Position numbers and translations under genes: made by a program. A stretch of 64,000 nucleotides of DNA from Anaeramoeba ignava BMAN (lineage: Eukaryota > Protista > Anaeramoebae): positions 248,001 through 312,000 of the forward strand of contig JAPDFW010000055.1 of NCBI GenBank assembly GCA_028826165.1, in the 5' to 3' direction. Each line of letters opens with the position of its first letter. Position 1 is the stretch's first letter. Below are positions 13,637 to 24,909 of this stretch, in pieces. A model generated the notes under the pieces. It was not told the DNA's origin. It saw nothing but the letters and a program-made list of their open reading frames with translations, and did no database searches.

Positions 13637-15483
13637 ATGTTTATTCGACAACAACAAAGAAACTTGTTTTTAAACGATCCATCAAATCAGGATTCAGAAA
13701 TCATCTATCCATTATCTCAGAATCAAGATACGTTAGATTGGAGAAATATAATCTATGATTCCAACAAAACATCGAATAACTTTTTCAAAGAGGATCAAAG
13801 TTTTGCCCCCAATTCAACCAATTCAACTTTATTATCAAAAAACAAAACACAAAAAAACGAAAATTTTTCATCAGTTAACGATCAAATTACAAAAACAGAA
13901 ACGAAACTTTTCTCAATCGAATTTCGATGACTCATTCCATAACGAAGAAATAACCTTAGCTCAGTTAATGAACTTTAGTTATCCTGAATACGATTCCTTT
14001 TTGGTTGGTAAAGAAACAAATGTCTCATTAAATGAAAAAAAGAGGAATAAAAATCAACTTTTTCAAGAGAAACAAAAGGGGTTAAAAAATGAATCAATAA
14101 ATGGAATTAATTGCATAAGTGAAATTGTTGAATTAGATCAGTTTGAGGATCAAAATGGCAATAATCAATTCGACAAACAAAAAATTTCTTACCCCTTTAT
14201 AAAAAAATGGGAAGATCAACCAAATGATTATCAAGAAGAAGAATCAATGAAAATTCAGAAAAAAACAAGTGAAACGAGAAAAATTAAGAAGAATACACAA
14301 ACACTTTCTGAAGCTGGAGATCAAATAATCAAAAAAAGGCGACAAATTCACAAAAACAAAAAAGCAAAACAAAATAAAGCAAAACAAGGAGGAACAAAGA
14401 AGAATCGATATTGCGGAGCTTATTGTGCTCGGTGTTTTACAACTTCCACATCGCAATGGAGAAAGCCACCAAAATGGGAAGGTATGCAAAGAGTGTTTGG
14501 TAATTGGATTTGCAACAGTTGTTATTCCAATCTTTTGCATGCAAAGAAATTAAAACAAAAAAAAAAAGGAGAGAAAATTTTAAAAGAAAAAAAACAAAAT
14601 CCAAATCCAAATTCAAATTCAAATTCAAAATCAAATCCAAATTCAAATTCAAATTCAAATTCAAAATCAAATTCAAACTCAAATTCAAAATCAAAATCAA
14701 AATCAAATTCAAAATCAAAATCAAAATCAAATTCAAATTCAAATTCAAATTCAAATTCAAATCCAAATTCAAATTCAAATCCAAATTCAACTTTAGATTT
14801 AGATCTAAATTTAGATCACTTTCATTCTCAAGACCAAACCCAAATGCAAGATCAAGAAAATCCAAGAAATCTACCTCAAACAAGACATCAAGGCATTTTC
14901 AATCGAATAGAAGTTGTTTTTGTAGAAAAACCACAACTAAATTCTGCGGAAGAAAGTCTGAAAAGAAACATGACACAATTGATTGAATCATTTGGAGGAA
15001 AAATCAACAGAGATTGAAAACATATCAAATGTAAATAGCGATTCTTATATCTTTGTTTCTGTTGGAAATACAGAATGCTGGACAGATTTTCTGCCGAACT
15101 ATTCGTCGCTTGTTTTGCTTCTTCTTGGGTTTCCTGTTATTTCTTCTCAGTGGGTTTTAGATTCAATTGATACTCAAATTTTATTGGATCTTGAGAATTA
15201 TCTTGTTTGTCCAAACCCAATCTCAATTTATATCGATAACCTTATTAAGGATCGCCAATGTTTTCTTTGCGGATCACAAGATTGGAAGAATGTCTGGACT
15301 TTGGTTATTCAACGATTAGGCGGTGTTGTTACAAATAATGTTGAAAATGCAAATTTGCGAATTTTGTCATCAATTGATAATCATTCCCATTTTATTAATT
15401 CTTTTTTTGATAATGTATACACTGTTTCTGAATTGCAATTAATTTCTTCTTTACAACAATCTGCTCAACAAAATATCAACTAA
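13637..15483 (+). CDS. GATA-type zinc finger plus probable tandem BRCT protein (two apparent frame disruptions)
   Basis: CARCFTTSTSQWRK...ICNSC finger. BRCT-like motifs LIESFGG...VISSQWVLDSI and VIQRLGGVV. Three overlapping ORFs, each offset by +1. Confidence 0.65.
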
Positions 15484-16436
15484 AATTTTTCCAATATTTT
15501 TACTAATGTTCTCTTTCTCCAATTTCTATTTTTTTTTATGTGATCTTCTTTTTTTTTTTTTTTTAATAAAGATTTGCGAAAAAAATTTTAGATTTTTCTC
15601 CTTTTTTTTTTTTTTTTAATAAAAATAAATTTTAAATAAAAAAAATCAATTAAATTAAAGAGAAACCATTTAAAGATCAAATTTAGAAATTTTTAAATAA
15701 AAGTTTTTAATACAATTAAAAACAAAAATAGGTGGAAAATCTAAAAAAAAAAAATTCTTATCAAATAAAAAATAAATAAAAAAAAATAAATAAAAAAAAA
15801 AAAAAAAAAAGTGAATTAAATTTTATCAAAATTATTATTAAGTTCTCTCAATTTTCTTTTCATTTTTGGTTTTATAGATTAAGTTTTAAATATTTTTTTT
15901 GATCATAATTAAATTTTTTAATTGAATTTTTTAATTGAATTTTTAATTAAATTTTTAATTGAATTTTTTAATTGAATTTTTAATTGAATTTTTAATTAAA
16001 TTTTTAATTGAATTTTTAATTGAATTTTTAATTGAATTTTTAAGCTTTCAAAATAAAAAAAATCAATTAAAAAGTGAAAAAAAGAAAAAAAATCAATTAA
16101 AAAGTGAAAAAAAGAAAATTAAATTAAATTAAATTAAATTAAATTAAATTTGTTTTGATTTTATTGATGAAATTAAAATAAAAAATTAAAATAATCAAAT
16201 AAAAAATTAATTAAATAACTGATTATTTCAATTATTATTCGTTTTTCTTACTTCTTTTTTTTTTTTAATAATAAAAATTGACAATTTAAATCAATTTTAA
16301 ATTAAATTTTAAAATTAAATTTAATTAATTTTAAGAAGAAAAAAGAAAGAAAAAAAAAAGCAAAAAAAAAAAAAATTTGTAAAAAAAAAAATTTTTTTCA
16401 AATCTCTTTTAGAAATACAATTTTTTTTTTTTGGAA

Positions 16437-19386
16437 ATGCAACCATCAATTGCTGTTTGTTCAAACCCAATGTGTCGAACAAGTGACACTCCATTATGGA
16501 GAAGAATAGAAGGAGCTTTATTTTGTAATGCTTGTGCACTTTACAAAAAACGAACAGGACTTGATCGACTCCCAAATCCCGAGAAAAAGCCACAAAAACG
16601 ACCCAATAGAGCTTCAAGAAACAAAAAACGCAAAAAACAACAAGAATCTGAACAAGACCAATCAAAAACTGACTTGACAACTCATAAAACTAATTCCATC
16701 AAACAACCCAAAAGACTGCAAATTTCTCATAAAAAAAGAGGTGAACAAGTTAATCTTTCTTCTCAAAAAAATCAAAACAATCAAAACAATCAAAACAATC
16801 AAAACTCTCTTTCTCAAAAATCCAATCATAAAAATCAATTTGATTCTCAACAAAATCCACTTCATCCAAATATAAATTTTCAAAAAGATTCTTTTGAATT
16901 AGAATCTGAATTAAACGCTTTTTCTTTTACTCCTGATTCTTTAACTTTCCCTTTACCAAAAAATAACCAACCTCTTTATCCACAAAATCCTTTAATTGAT
17001 GATAATAATTATAATAATAATCAACCAAATGATTTGATTATTCCTTTTGATTGTGTCAACTGGCAAACTCAATCTCATCAAACTTTTGAAGTAAGTTTTT
17101 TTTAATTTTTTAATATTGAATTTAATTTTAAATAACAACAAATCAAAACTAAACAACCATTTTTATTTAAATTTCTTTTATTTAATTTTTAACAAAGAAA
17201 ATTTTTTTTTTTCTTTCTTTTTTCGAAATGATTTCTTCTTATCATATTCTTAATTGTTTTTATAATTTATATTTAATTATTTTTTATTTGATCTCAATTC
17301 AATTTTCAATTCAAATTTCAATTTAAATTTTAATTTAATTTAAATTTTATTTTAATTTTAATTTTCCTTTTATCAATTTTTGGAATAAACAAAAAAAAAA
17401 GCAAAAAAAAAATCAAAAGAAAAATCAAAAAGAAAAGAAAAAAGAAAAAGAAAAAGAAAATTTTTTTTTTTCCTTTTAAAATATAATTTAAAAAAGGAAT
17501 AAAATTGACTCTTTGAAAAATTAATTAATTTATAAAACTGACTTATTAAATATTTTTTCTTTAATTTGATTAATTTGATTAAATTGATTAATTGTTTTAA
17601 ATTTAAATTTTAAATTTAATTTTAATTGATCTTTTCAATAATAATTACAATAACAATAATTAAATACGTTTTTATTTTTGATTAAATAATCATTCTTTCC
17701 TCTTTTCAAAAATATAAATATAAAATCAAAAATATAATGATCAATTTTAAAAGGAATTGAATTGATCAAACTAATTCAAAATCAAAACAAACCCAAACTA
17801 AAATTTATTCCAATTTATTTTTATTTAAAAAAGAAGAAAAATTTTTTTTTTGATTATATTTTTTCCCTTATTTCTTCAAATATAAATCTAAATATAAATA
17901 TAAATATAAATATAATTATAAATATAAATATAAATATAAATATAAATATAAATATAAATATAAATATAAATATAAATATAAATATAAATATAAATATAAA
18001 TATAAATATAAATATAAATATAAATATAAATATAAATCTAAATATAAATATAAAATATAAATAAAAAGTGGAATAAAAAGTGGAATAAAAAGTGGAATCT
18101 AAATATAAATAAAAATATAAATATAAATATAAATATAAATATAAATATAAATATAAATATAAATATAAATATAAATATAAATATAAATCAAATATAAATA
18201 AAAAGTGGAATAAAAAAAATCAAAAATAAAAATAAAAATAAATATAAAATATAAATATAAATATAAATATAAATATAAATATAAATATAAATATAAATAT
18301 AAATATAATTATAAATATAAATATAAATATAAATATAAAATATAAATATAAATATAAATATAAATATAAATAAATCTAAATATAAAATAAAAATATAAAT
18401 ATAAATATAAATATAAATCTAAATATAAATATAAATATAAATATAAATATAAATATAAATATAAATATAAATATAAAATAAAAAATATAAATATAAAATA
18501 TAAAATATAAATATAAATATATAAATATAAATAAATATAAATAAAATTATAAATATAAATATAAATATAAATATAAATATAAAATAAATATAAAAATATA
18601 AATATAAATATAAATATAAATATAAAAATGTAAATATAAATATAAATATAAATATAAATATAAATATAAATATAAATATAAATATAAAATATAAATATAA
18701 ATATAAATGTAAAATTAAAAATAAATAAAATATAAATATAAATATAAATATAAATCTAAATATAAATAAAAATCTAAATATAAATATAAATATAAATATA
18801 AATATAAATATAAATATAAATATAAATATAAATATAAATCTAAATCTAAATCTAAATATAAATATAAATCTAAATCTAAATATAAATATAATTATAAATA
18901 TAAATAAAAAGTGGAATAAAAAGTGGAATAAAAAGTGGAATTTAAATATTAATATAAATATAAATCTAAATCTAAATCTAAATCTAAATCTAAATCTAAA
19001 TCTAAATCTAAATCTAAATCTAAATCTAAATCTAAATATAAATCTAAATCTGGAAATTAATTTATCTTTTTTTTTAGGAATATTGGAATAATGTATCTCA
19101 ATCATCTGTATTAATTTATCCTGGAGATTGTGTTGGATTAAGAACTGTTAATGGATATGAAATTTTTGCACTTGTTAAAAACATAATTTATGAAATGGAA
19201 ACTCATGTACCATTTCTTCAAGTTCAATGGTTGATCCCTAAATCAGCTAATAAATTTGGTGTTCTGATTGGTTTTGGATTAGAAGATTTCACTTCTCCAA
19301 ATGATTTTTTAATGGGAAATGAAGAACCGATTCCTCAATCAATTTTGTCAATTACAAGAAAACTTCCATTCCACTTTCTATTTTGA
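16437..19386 (+). CDS. GATA zinc finger protein with C-terminal BAH-like domain, GATAD1-like (2 exons; intron 17091-19077)
   Basis: CSNPMCRTSDTPLWRR...CNAC. Phase-0 donor GTAAGT at 17091 and TTTAG acceptor at 19077 give in-frame IYPGDCVGL...FALVKNII...VQWLIPK...FLMGNEEPIP, resembling the GATAD1 C-terminus. Confidence 0.75.
17878..19050. repeat. (ATAAAT)n/(CTAAAT)n hexamer satellite within the GATA gene intron, with AAAAGTGGAATA inserts
   Basis: Direct reading. Confidence 0.9.
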
Positions 19387-19658
19387 TTTTTTTTTAATTC
19401 TTCTTATTTTTTTTTGATTATTACTTTTTTTTGTTTTCTTTTGTTTTCTTTCTGTATTTAAAAAGAAAGGAAATTTTATTCATGTTTTCTAACCAAATTT
19501 ATTTCAAAAAAAAACCTTCTGTAATACTCCAAATTTAAAAAAAAAAAAGAACAATTTGAATTTTTTTGATTTTTGAATAAAAAAATTGGAGTTAATTTTC
19601 AATTATTTTTTTTTTCATTTTTTTTTTCATTTTTTTTCATTTTAAAATTTTAATTTTT

Positions 19659-21802
19659 ATGGAAACAAAAGAAATAAAACTTCGAAGAAATAGAAAAGGA
19701 ACACCAAATTCTCAATTAAATCAATGGGAATCTCTTCCATTAAATAAAATGGATGGACCATTTTCACTTCAACAATATATTCAACAATTAATACGTAACA
19801 AATTAAAATTCAAATTAAAATTCAAAATTAAAATTCAAATCAAAATTAAAATTAAAATTGAAAATTAAAATTAAAATTAAAATTCAAATTAAAATTCAAA
19901 TTCAAAATTAAAATTAAAATTAAAATTAAAATTCAAATTAAAATTCAAATTAAAATTAAAATTAAAATTCAAATTAAAATTAAAATTAAAAATAAAAATC
20001 AAAATTAAAATTAATCAACACTAAAAAGGTAAAGATCCTTCAGATATTGAAAAAATTATCGAATTACCTGAAGATCAAGATAAAAATTTATTTATTTATG
20101 AACATCTTCGACAAATAATAATTGACTTACATCTTTTTGCAACATTTCATAACGAAGTGTGCACAGCTGAAAAACAACCAATAATGAAACTAACAATAAA
20201 CGGAGAACAAACATGCTTTCTTTCTGGAGCATTTAATCCACCGCGAGAAGTATATTGATAATTAATCTTGTTTCCAAACCAATAATGAAAATTACTATTT
20301 ATTCTTCATCTTAATTATCTCACTATTTATTAATTTAGGTTTCTGCTATTGATTATATTGCTCAAACAATCGAACAAACTCAGGATATTCTTAATAATTC
20401 AAAATTGTTTCCAAGTCGTGCTTATATTCCCGCTGAATCTGTTGGGAATTTTTCTACAATGTTCAGACGTTTATATAGAATTTTTGCTTATTCTTTTTTT
20501 CAGCATCGCGAACTTTTTGATGAATTTGAAGTTAATAATCTTTCTAAAATCATTTACTCAAAAATAATCAATTTCAAATCAAATAAAATCCAAATTAAAT
20601 TAAATTCAAATCAAATTAAATTCAAACCCAAATTCAAAATTAAATTCAAATTAAATTAAATTAAATTTAAATCAAAATTAAATTAAATTCAAAATTAAAT
20701 TCAAAATTAAATTAAATTCAAATCAAATTAAATCAAATTAAATTTAAATTCAAATTAAATTCAAACTAAATTAAATTAAATCCAAATTAAATTCAAATTA
20801 AATTAAATTTAATTCAAATTAAATCAAATTAAATTAAATTCAAATCAAATTAAATTCAATTTAAATCAAATTCAATTTTAAATCAAATCCAAATTTAATT
20901 CAAATTCAAATTCAAATTCAAATTCAAATTAAATTTAAATTCAAATTAAATCAAAATTAAATCAATTTAAATCAAAATTAAATTCAAATTAAATTAAATT
21001 CAAAATTAAATTCAAAATTAAATTCAAAATAAATTAAATTAAATTAAATTTAAATTCAAATTCAATTTAAATCAAATCAAATTAAATTCAAATTAAATTC
21101 AAATTAAATTTAAATTCAAATTCAATTCAAATTAAATCCAAATTAAATTCAATTTAAATCCAAATCAAATCAAAATTAAATTAAATTCAAATCAAATTAA
21201 ATCCAAATTAAAATCAAACTAAATTCAAAATTAAATTAAATTCAAATTAAATCCAAAATCAATTTAAATTCAAACCCAAATTAAATTAAATTTAAATTCA
21301 AATTCAATTTAAATTCAATTTAAATCCAAATCAATTTAAATCAAATTCAATTTAAATCAATTTAAATCAAATTCAATTTAAATCAATTTAAATCAAATTC
21401 AATTTAAATCAATTTAAATCAAATTCAATTTAAATCAATTTAAATCAATTCAAATTAAATTAAAATCAATTTAAATCAAAATTAAATTCAAATTAAATTA
21501 AATTAAAATCAAATTAAATTTAAATTAAATTAAATCAAATCAAATTTAAATTCAAATTCAAAATTAAATTTAAATTCAAAAATTATCCAAAATTTAAATT
21601 CAAATCATTTCAAATCAAATTAAAATCATTCAAAATTCAAATTTAAATTAAATTTAAATCCAAAAATTATCCAAAAATTAAATTCCTTATCTTTTAGAAA
21701 AAATATCACTTGTGTGAAAGATTTACAGCTCTTTCTCAAAAATTTCAACTTATGGATCCTTCACTTCTTTGGATTCCAAAAGATTATTTCGAAAATTTAT
21801 AA
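19659..21802 (+). CDS. MOB4: MOB4/phocein homologue (exons 19659-19794, 20029-20249, 20339-20530, 21698-21802)
   Basis: LRRNRKGT...QQYIQQLIR, YEHLRQ, SAIDY, FPSR...RRLYRIF...HRELFDEFE, LCERF all match phocein; GT-AG introns keep frame. Confidence 0.9.
20570..21690. repeat. degenerate AAATT/AAATTC satellite in MOB4 intron 3
   Basis: Direct reading. Confidence 0.85.
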
Positions 21803-22103
21803 AAGAAAAGAAAAGAAAAGATGAAATAATTTTGTTCATTGATTTTTTACTTTCGAATTCAAAAAGAAAATTCTCATTTTGCTTTCTTTTTTTTGATTAA
21901 TTTTTTAAAAATAAAAACAATTCAAAAAAAAAAAAAAAATAAACTGAATTTAGTTCTGACGAATTAATTAATTTTGTTTTAAATTTGTTTTAATTTTTTT
22001 TTTTAATTTTTTTGTTCTCAAAATAAATTTTTTATTTTTCCCTATTTTTAATTTGCAAAAACAAAAAAATCAAAAATTCTTTTTCTAATTTAATAAACAC
22101 AGA

Positions 22104-24835
22104 ATGTCAAAAGAAAAATCATTAGTTCTCCGATTAAGACCCCATTATTTTGTTCATATTTCTGATGAAAACAAAAATATTGTTCGACTTCTTGAAGGAC
22201 CAGTTACTTACACACTTCACCAACACGAATCAATTGTTAGAGGACCAGAAGCAATGATTTTAGTTCCACCTGGTCATTACGCAAAAATTGCTAATCCTGT
22301 AATGAGAGATAAAGATGGAAATCCAATCAAAGATGGTCACAATCAAGTAATAATAATAATAATAGAAAAAAGCAAAAAATTTTTGTTTGTTTTTTATTTT
22401 AATATTTTTGGATTGGATTCTATTTGCGGAATTAAAAAATATAGGTTTGTTTAAGAAATGGTGATTTCGAAATACGCTTAAACCAGCCCGAACCTTTCCC
22501 TTTATATCCAGGAGAAGAGCTTGAAGGAAAAGTAAAAATCAAAAATGATCCTCAAAAGAAAATATTTTTTTTTCTTCTTTTTTTTTGTTTTTGCTTTTTT
22601 TAGATCACTCCTCTAAAAATTGTACTTGAAGGAGAAGCTCTCAGATTAGAGGCAATCCGAAACTTCGAAGACACAATTCTTGAGAACAACAAACCCAAGA
22701 AAATTAAACGCATTGCAGGAGAGCAATGGTATTTTATTGGGCCAGGAACATACATTCCAAAAATAGAAGTTGCTGAAAAAGAAAGTGTGAAAAGTTCGAT
22801 TATTCTCGCGAATTCTGCCCTGAAGCTCAGAGCAAGGAGAGAGTGTGCTGATTGCGACGGAACCATGCGAAAAACAGGAGAGGAGTGGCTTGTACGGAAA
22901 GAAGGGGAGTATTTGCCTAACATTGATGAAATTGTGATTGGGCAAGTCCAGCCAACTGTTTTGGTTCGTGATAAAGCGCTGCATTTACAAGCGATCAAGA
23001 CCTTCAAGGACATTTACGGAATCGAGAGAAAAGCTGGAGAGGAGTGGCTTGTGACGAGCAGCATGTCCACAATGCATATCCCTGATGTGTACGAGACTGT
23101 TGTGGGTGAAATCAAAATAACTGAACTAACAAGTATGCAATATTGTGTGATTTTGGATCCGATTGATTCTGATGGAAAGCAGCATTTGGGACAGAAAAAA
23201 TTGGTTGAGGGACCGAAACAATTCTTCCTTCAACCTGGAGAAAGACTGGAAAGCGGGATCCAGGATGTGTATTTGCTTGGCGAACAAGAAGCTTTACTTC
23301 TGCGTTGCAAAGAAAAATTCGAGGATGTTGATCCAATAAAGAAAACAAAAGTGGAACGTGAACCGGGAATAAGATGGATGGTTTACGGACCCAGACAGTA
23401 TGTTCCGCCAACGCAAGTGGAAGTTATCGAAAGAAGATCGTCAATCCCGCTGAACGACAACGAGGGAATCTATGTCAGGGATCTGAACACGGGAAAGGTG
23501 TGCTCTGTGATTGGCGAAACTTACATGCTTAAACCGAACGAAGAGCTTTGGGAAAAGGATCTTCCTCCGATTATCGAGCGACTCGTCGGCTTGGATGAAG
23601 ACGTGCTTTCTGGAAGAGGAGAAAAGATCACCGAGTCCAAAAAGACTGCCAGAGATAAAACCAGGGTTGTCACTTATCCAATTCCTCACAACGCAGCTGT
23701 CCAGATTTACGACTACAAAAAACGCGAGGCAAGAGTTCAATTCGGCCCAGATCTTGCAATGCTCGGTCCAGATGAGCATTTCACGCTCCTCTCCATCTCA
23801 GGAGGCAAGCCTAAACGCCCTGATGTGATTCAATCGATTACTCTTCTTCTTGGTCCCGATTTCATGACTGATATCATCACTGTTGAAACTAGTGATCATG
23901 CGCGTCTTTCCCTCCAACTTTCCTACAACTGGCACTTCGAGGTGGACAAAGAGAGTCTTGAAGATGCCCGCAAGATTTTCCAGGTATCCGATTTTGTGGG
24001 AGACGCCTGCAAAGCAATTGCATCCAAAATTCGTGCTATTGTTGCCACCAAATCATTTGATGAGTTCCATAAAGGTTCTGCTCGCGCAATTCGAATAGCA
24101 GTTTTTGGGCTTGATTCCGAGAATCACGTCAATGATTGCTTCCGTTTTGAATCCAATAACCTCCTTATCACAAACATTGATATTCAATCGGTTGAACCAG
24201 TTGATAAAGACACACTTCTTTCGCTTCAAAAATCCGTCCAATTAGCTATCCAGATCACATCAGAGTCACAGGAAGCAGCAGCACAGCACGAAGCTAAGCG
24301 TAGAGAGACAGAGGCAAAAGGAAAACTCCAGAATCTCCAGATCATTGCAAACTCAAAGGCAGAAGTCAAAAGAAAAGAACTTCTCGAACACAAAGCAGAA
24401 TGTGCTGCAATATTGTCAACCGGCAAGGCTAAAGCTGAGGCACAGGCAAAGGCAGAGGCTGCTCATATCATCGGTACAATGTCCGTTCAACAAGCTCAGC
24501 TTGAATCTCAAACCCTTAAAATCGACCAGAACTCAAAACGAAAAATTATTGGTGATCGTTATGATTTGGATTATATGCATCAGGAAAGAATTGATAATCT
24601 TGAGTTGGAAAAGGCTAAAAATTTATCCGAAATCAAATCTCAAGCTCTTAGTAAAATTGTTGATTCCATCTCGGTTCAAACTCTCCAAAATATTGCAAAA
24701 GCTTCTCCTTTATTCAAGTCGCGGATCTTGAAAAGTCTTGGAGTTCGTAATTATCTTATTACTGATGGAAAATCACAACTCAATATTTTTGGAAACGGGA
24801 TGAATCAAAAATTTTCGATTGAAGAAAAGAAATGA
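22104..24835 (+). CDS. MVP: major vault protein (exons 22104-22346, 22445-22531, 22604-24835)
   Basis: Vault repeats (PFPLYPGE, RKTGEEWLV, RKAGEEWLV), shoulder region LLLGPDFMTDIITVETSDHARLSLQLSYNWHF, FVGDACKAIASKIR, cap helix LQKSVQLAIQIT, C-terminal LITDG. Confidence 0.96.
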
Positions 24836-24909
24836 GATGAAGTGAAATGAGATGAAATGAGATGAAACGAAGTGAAACATTTCCTTTTTTCTTTTTTCTT
24901 TTTTCAAAC

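Noticed and set aside
14956-15010. 55-nt GT-AG intron as explanation of the second GATA-BRCT frame break
   Set aside because: It would delete the LIESFGG segment that forms the conserved BRCT helix-1/GG motif; a one-base indel is more parsimonious.
22600-24731. Overlapping short ORFs within MVP (likewise within ArgRS, ankyrin-BTB and transhydrogenase)
   Set aside because: Shadow ORFs of higher-GC exons with no recognisable motifs.
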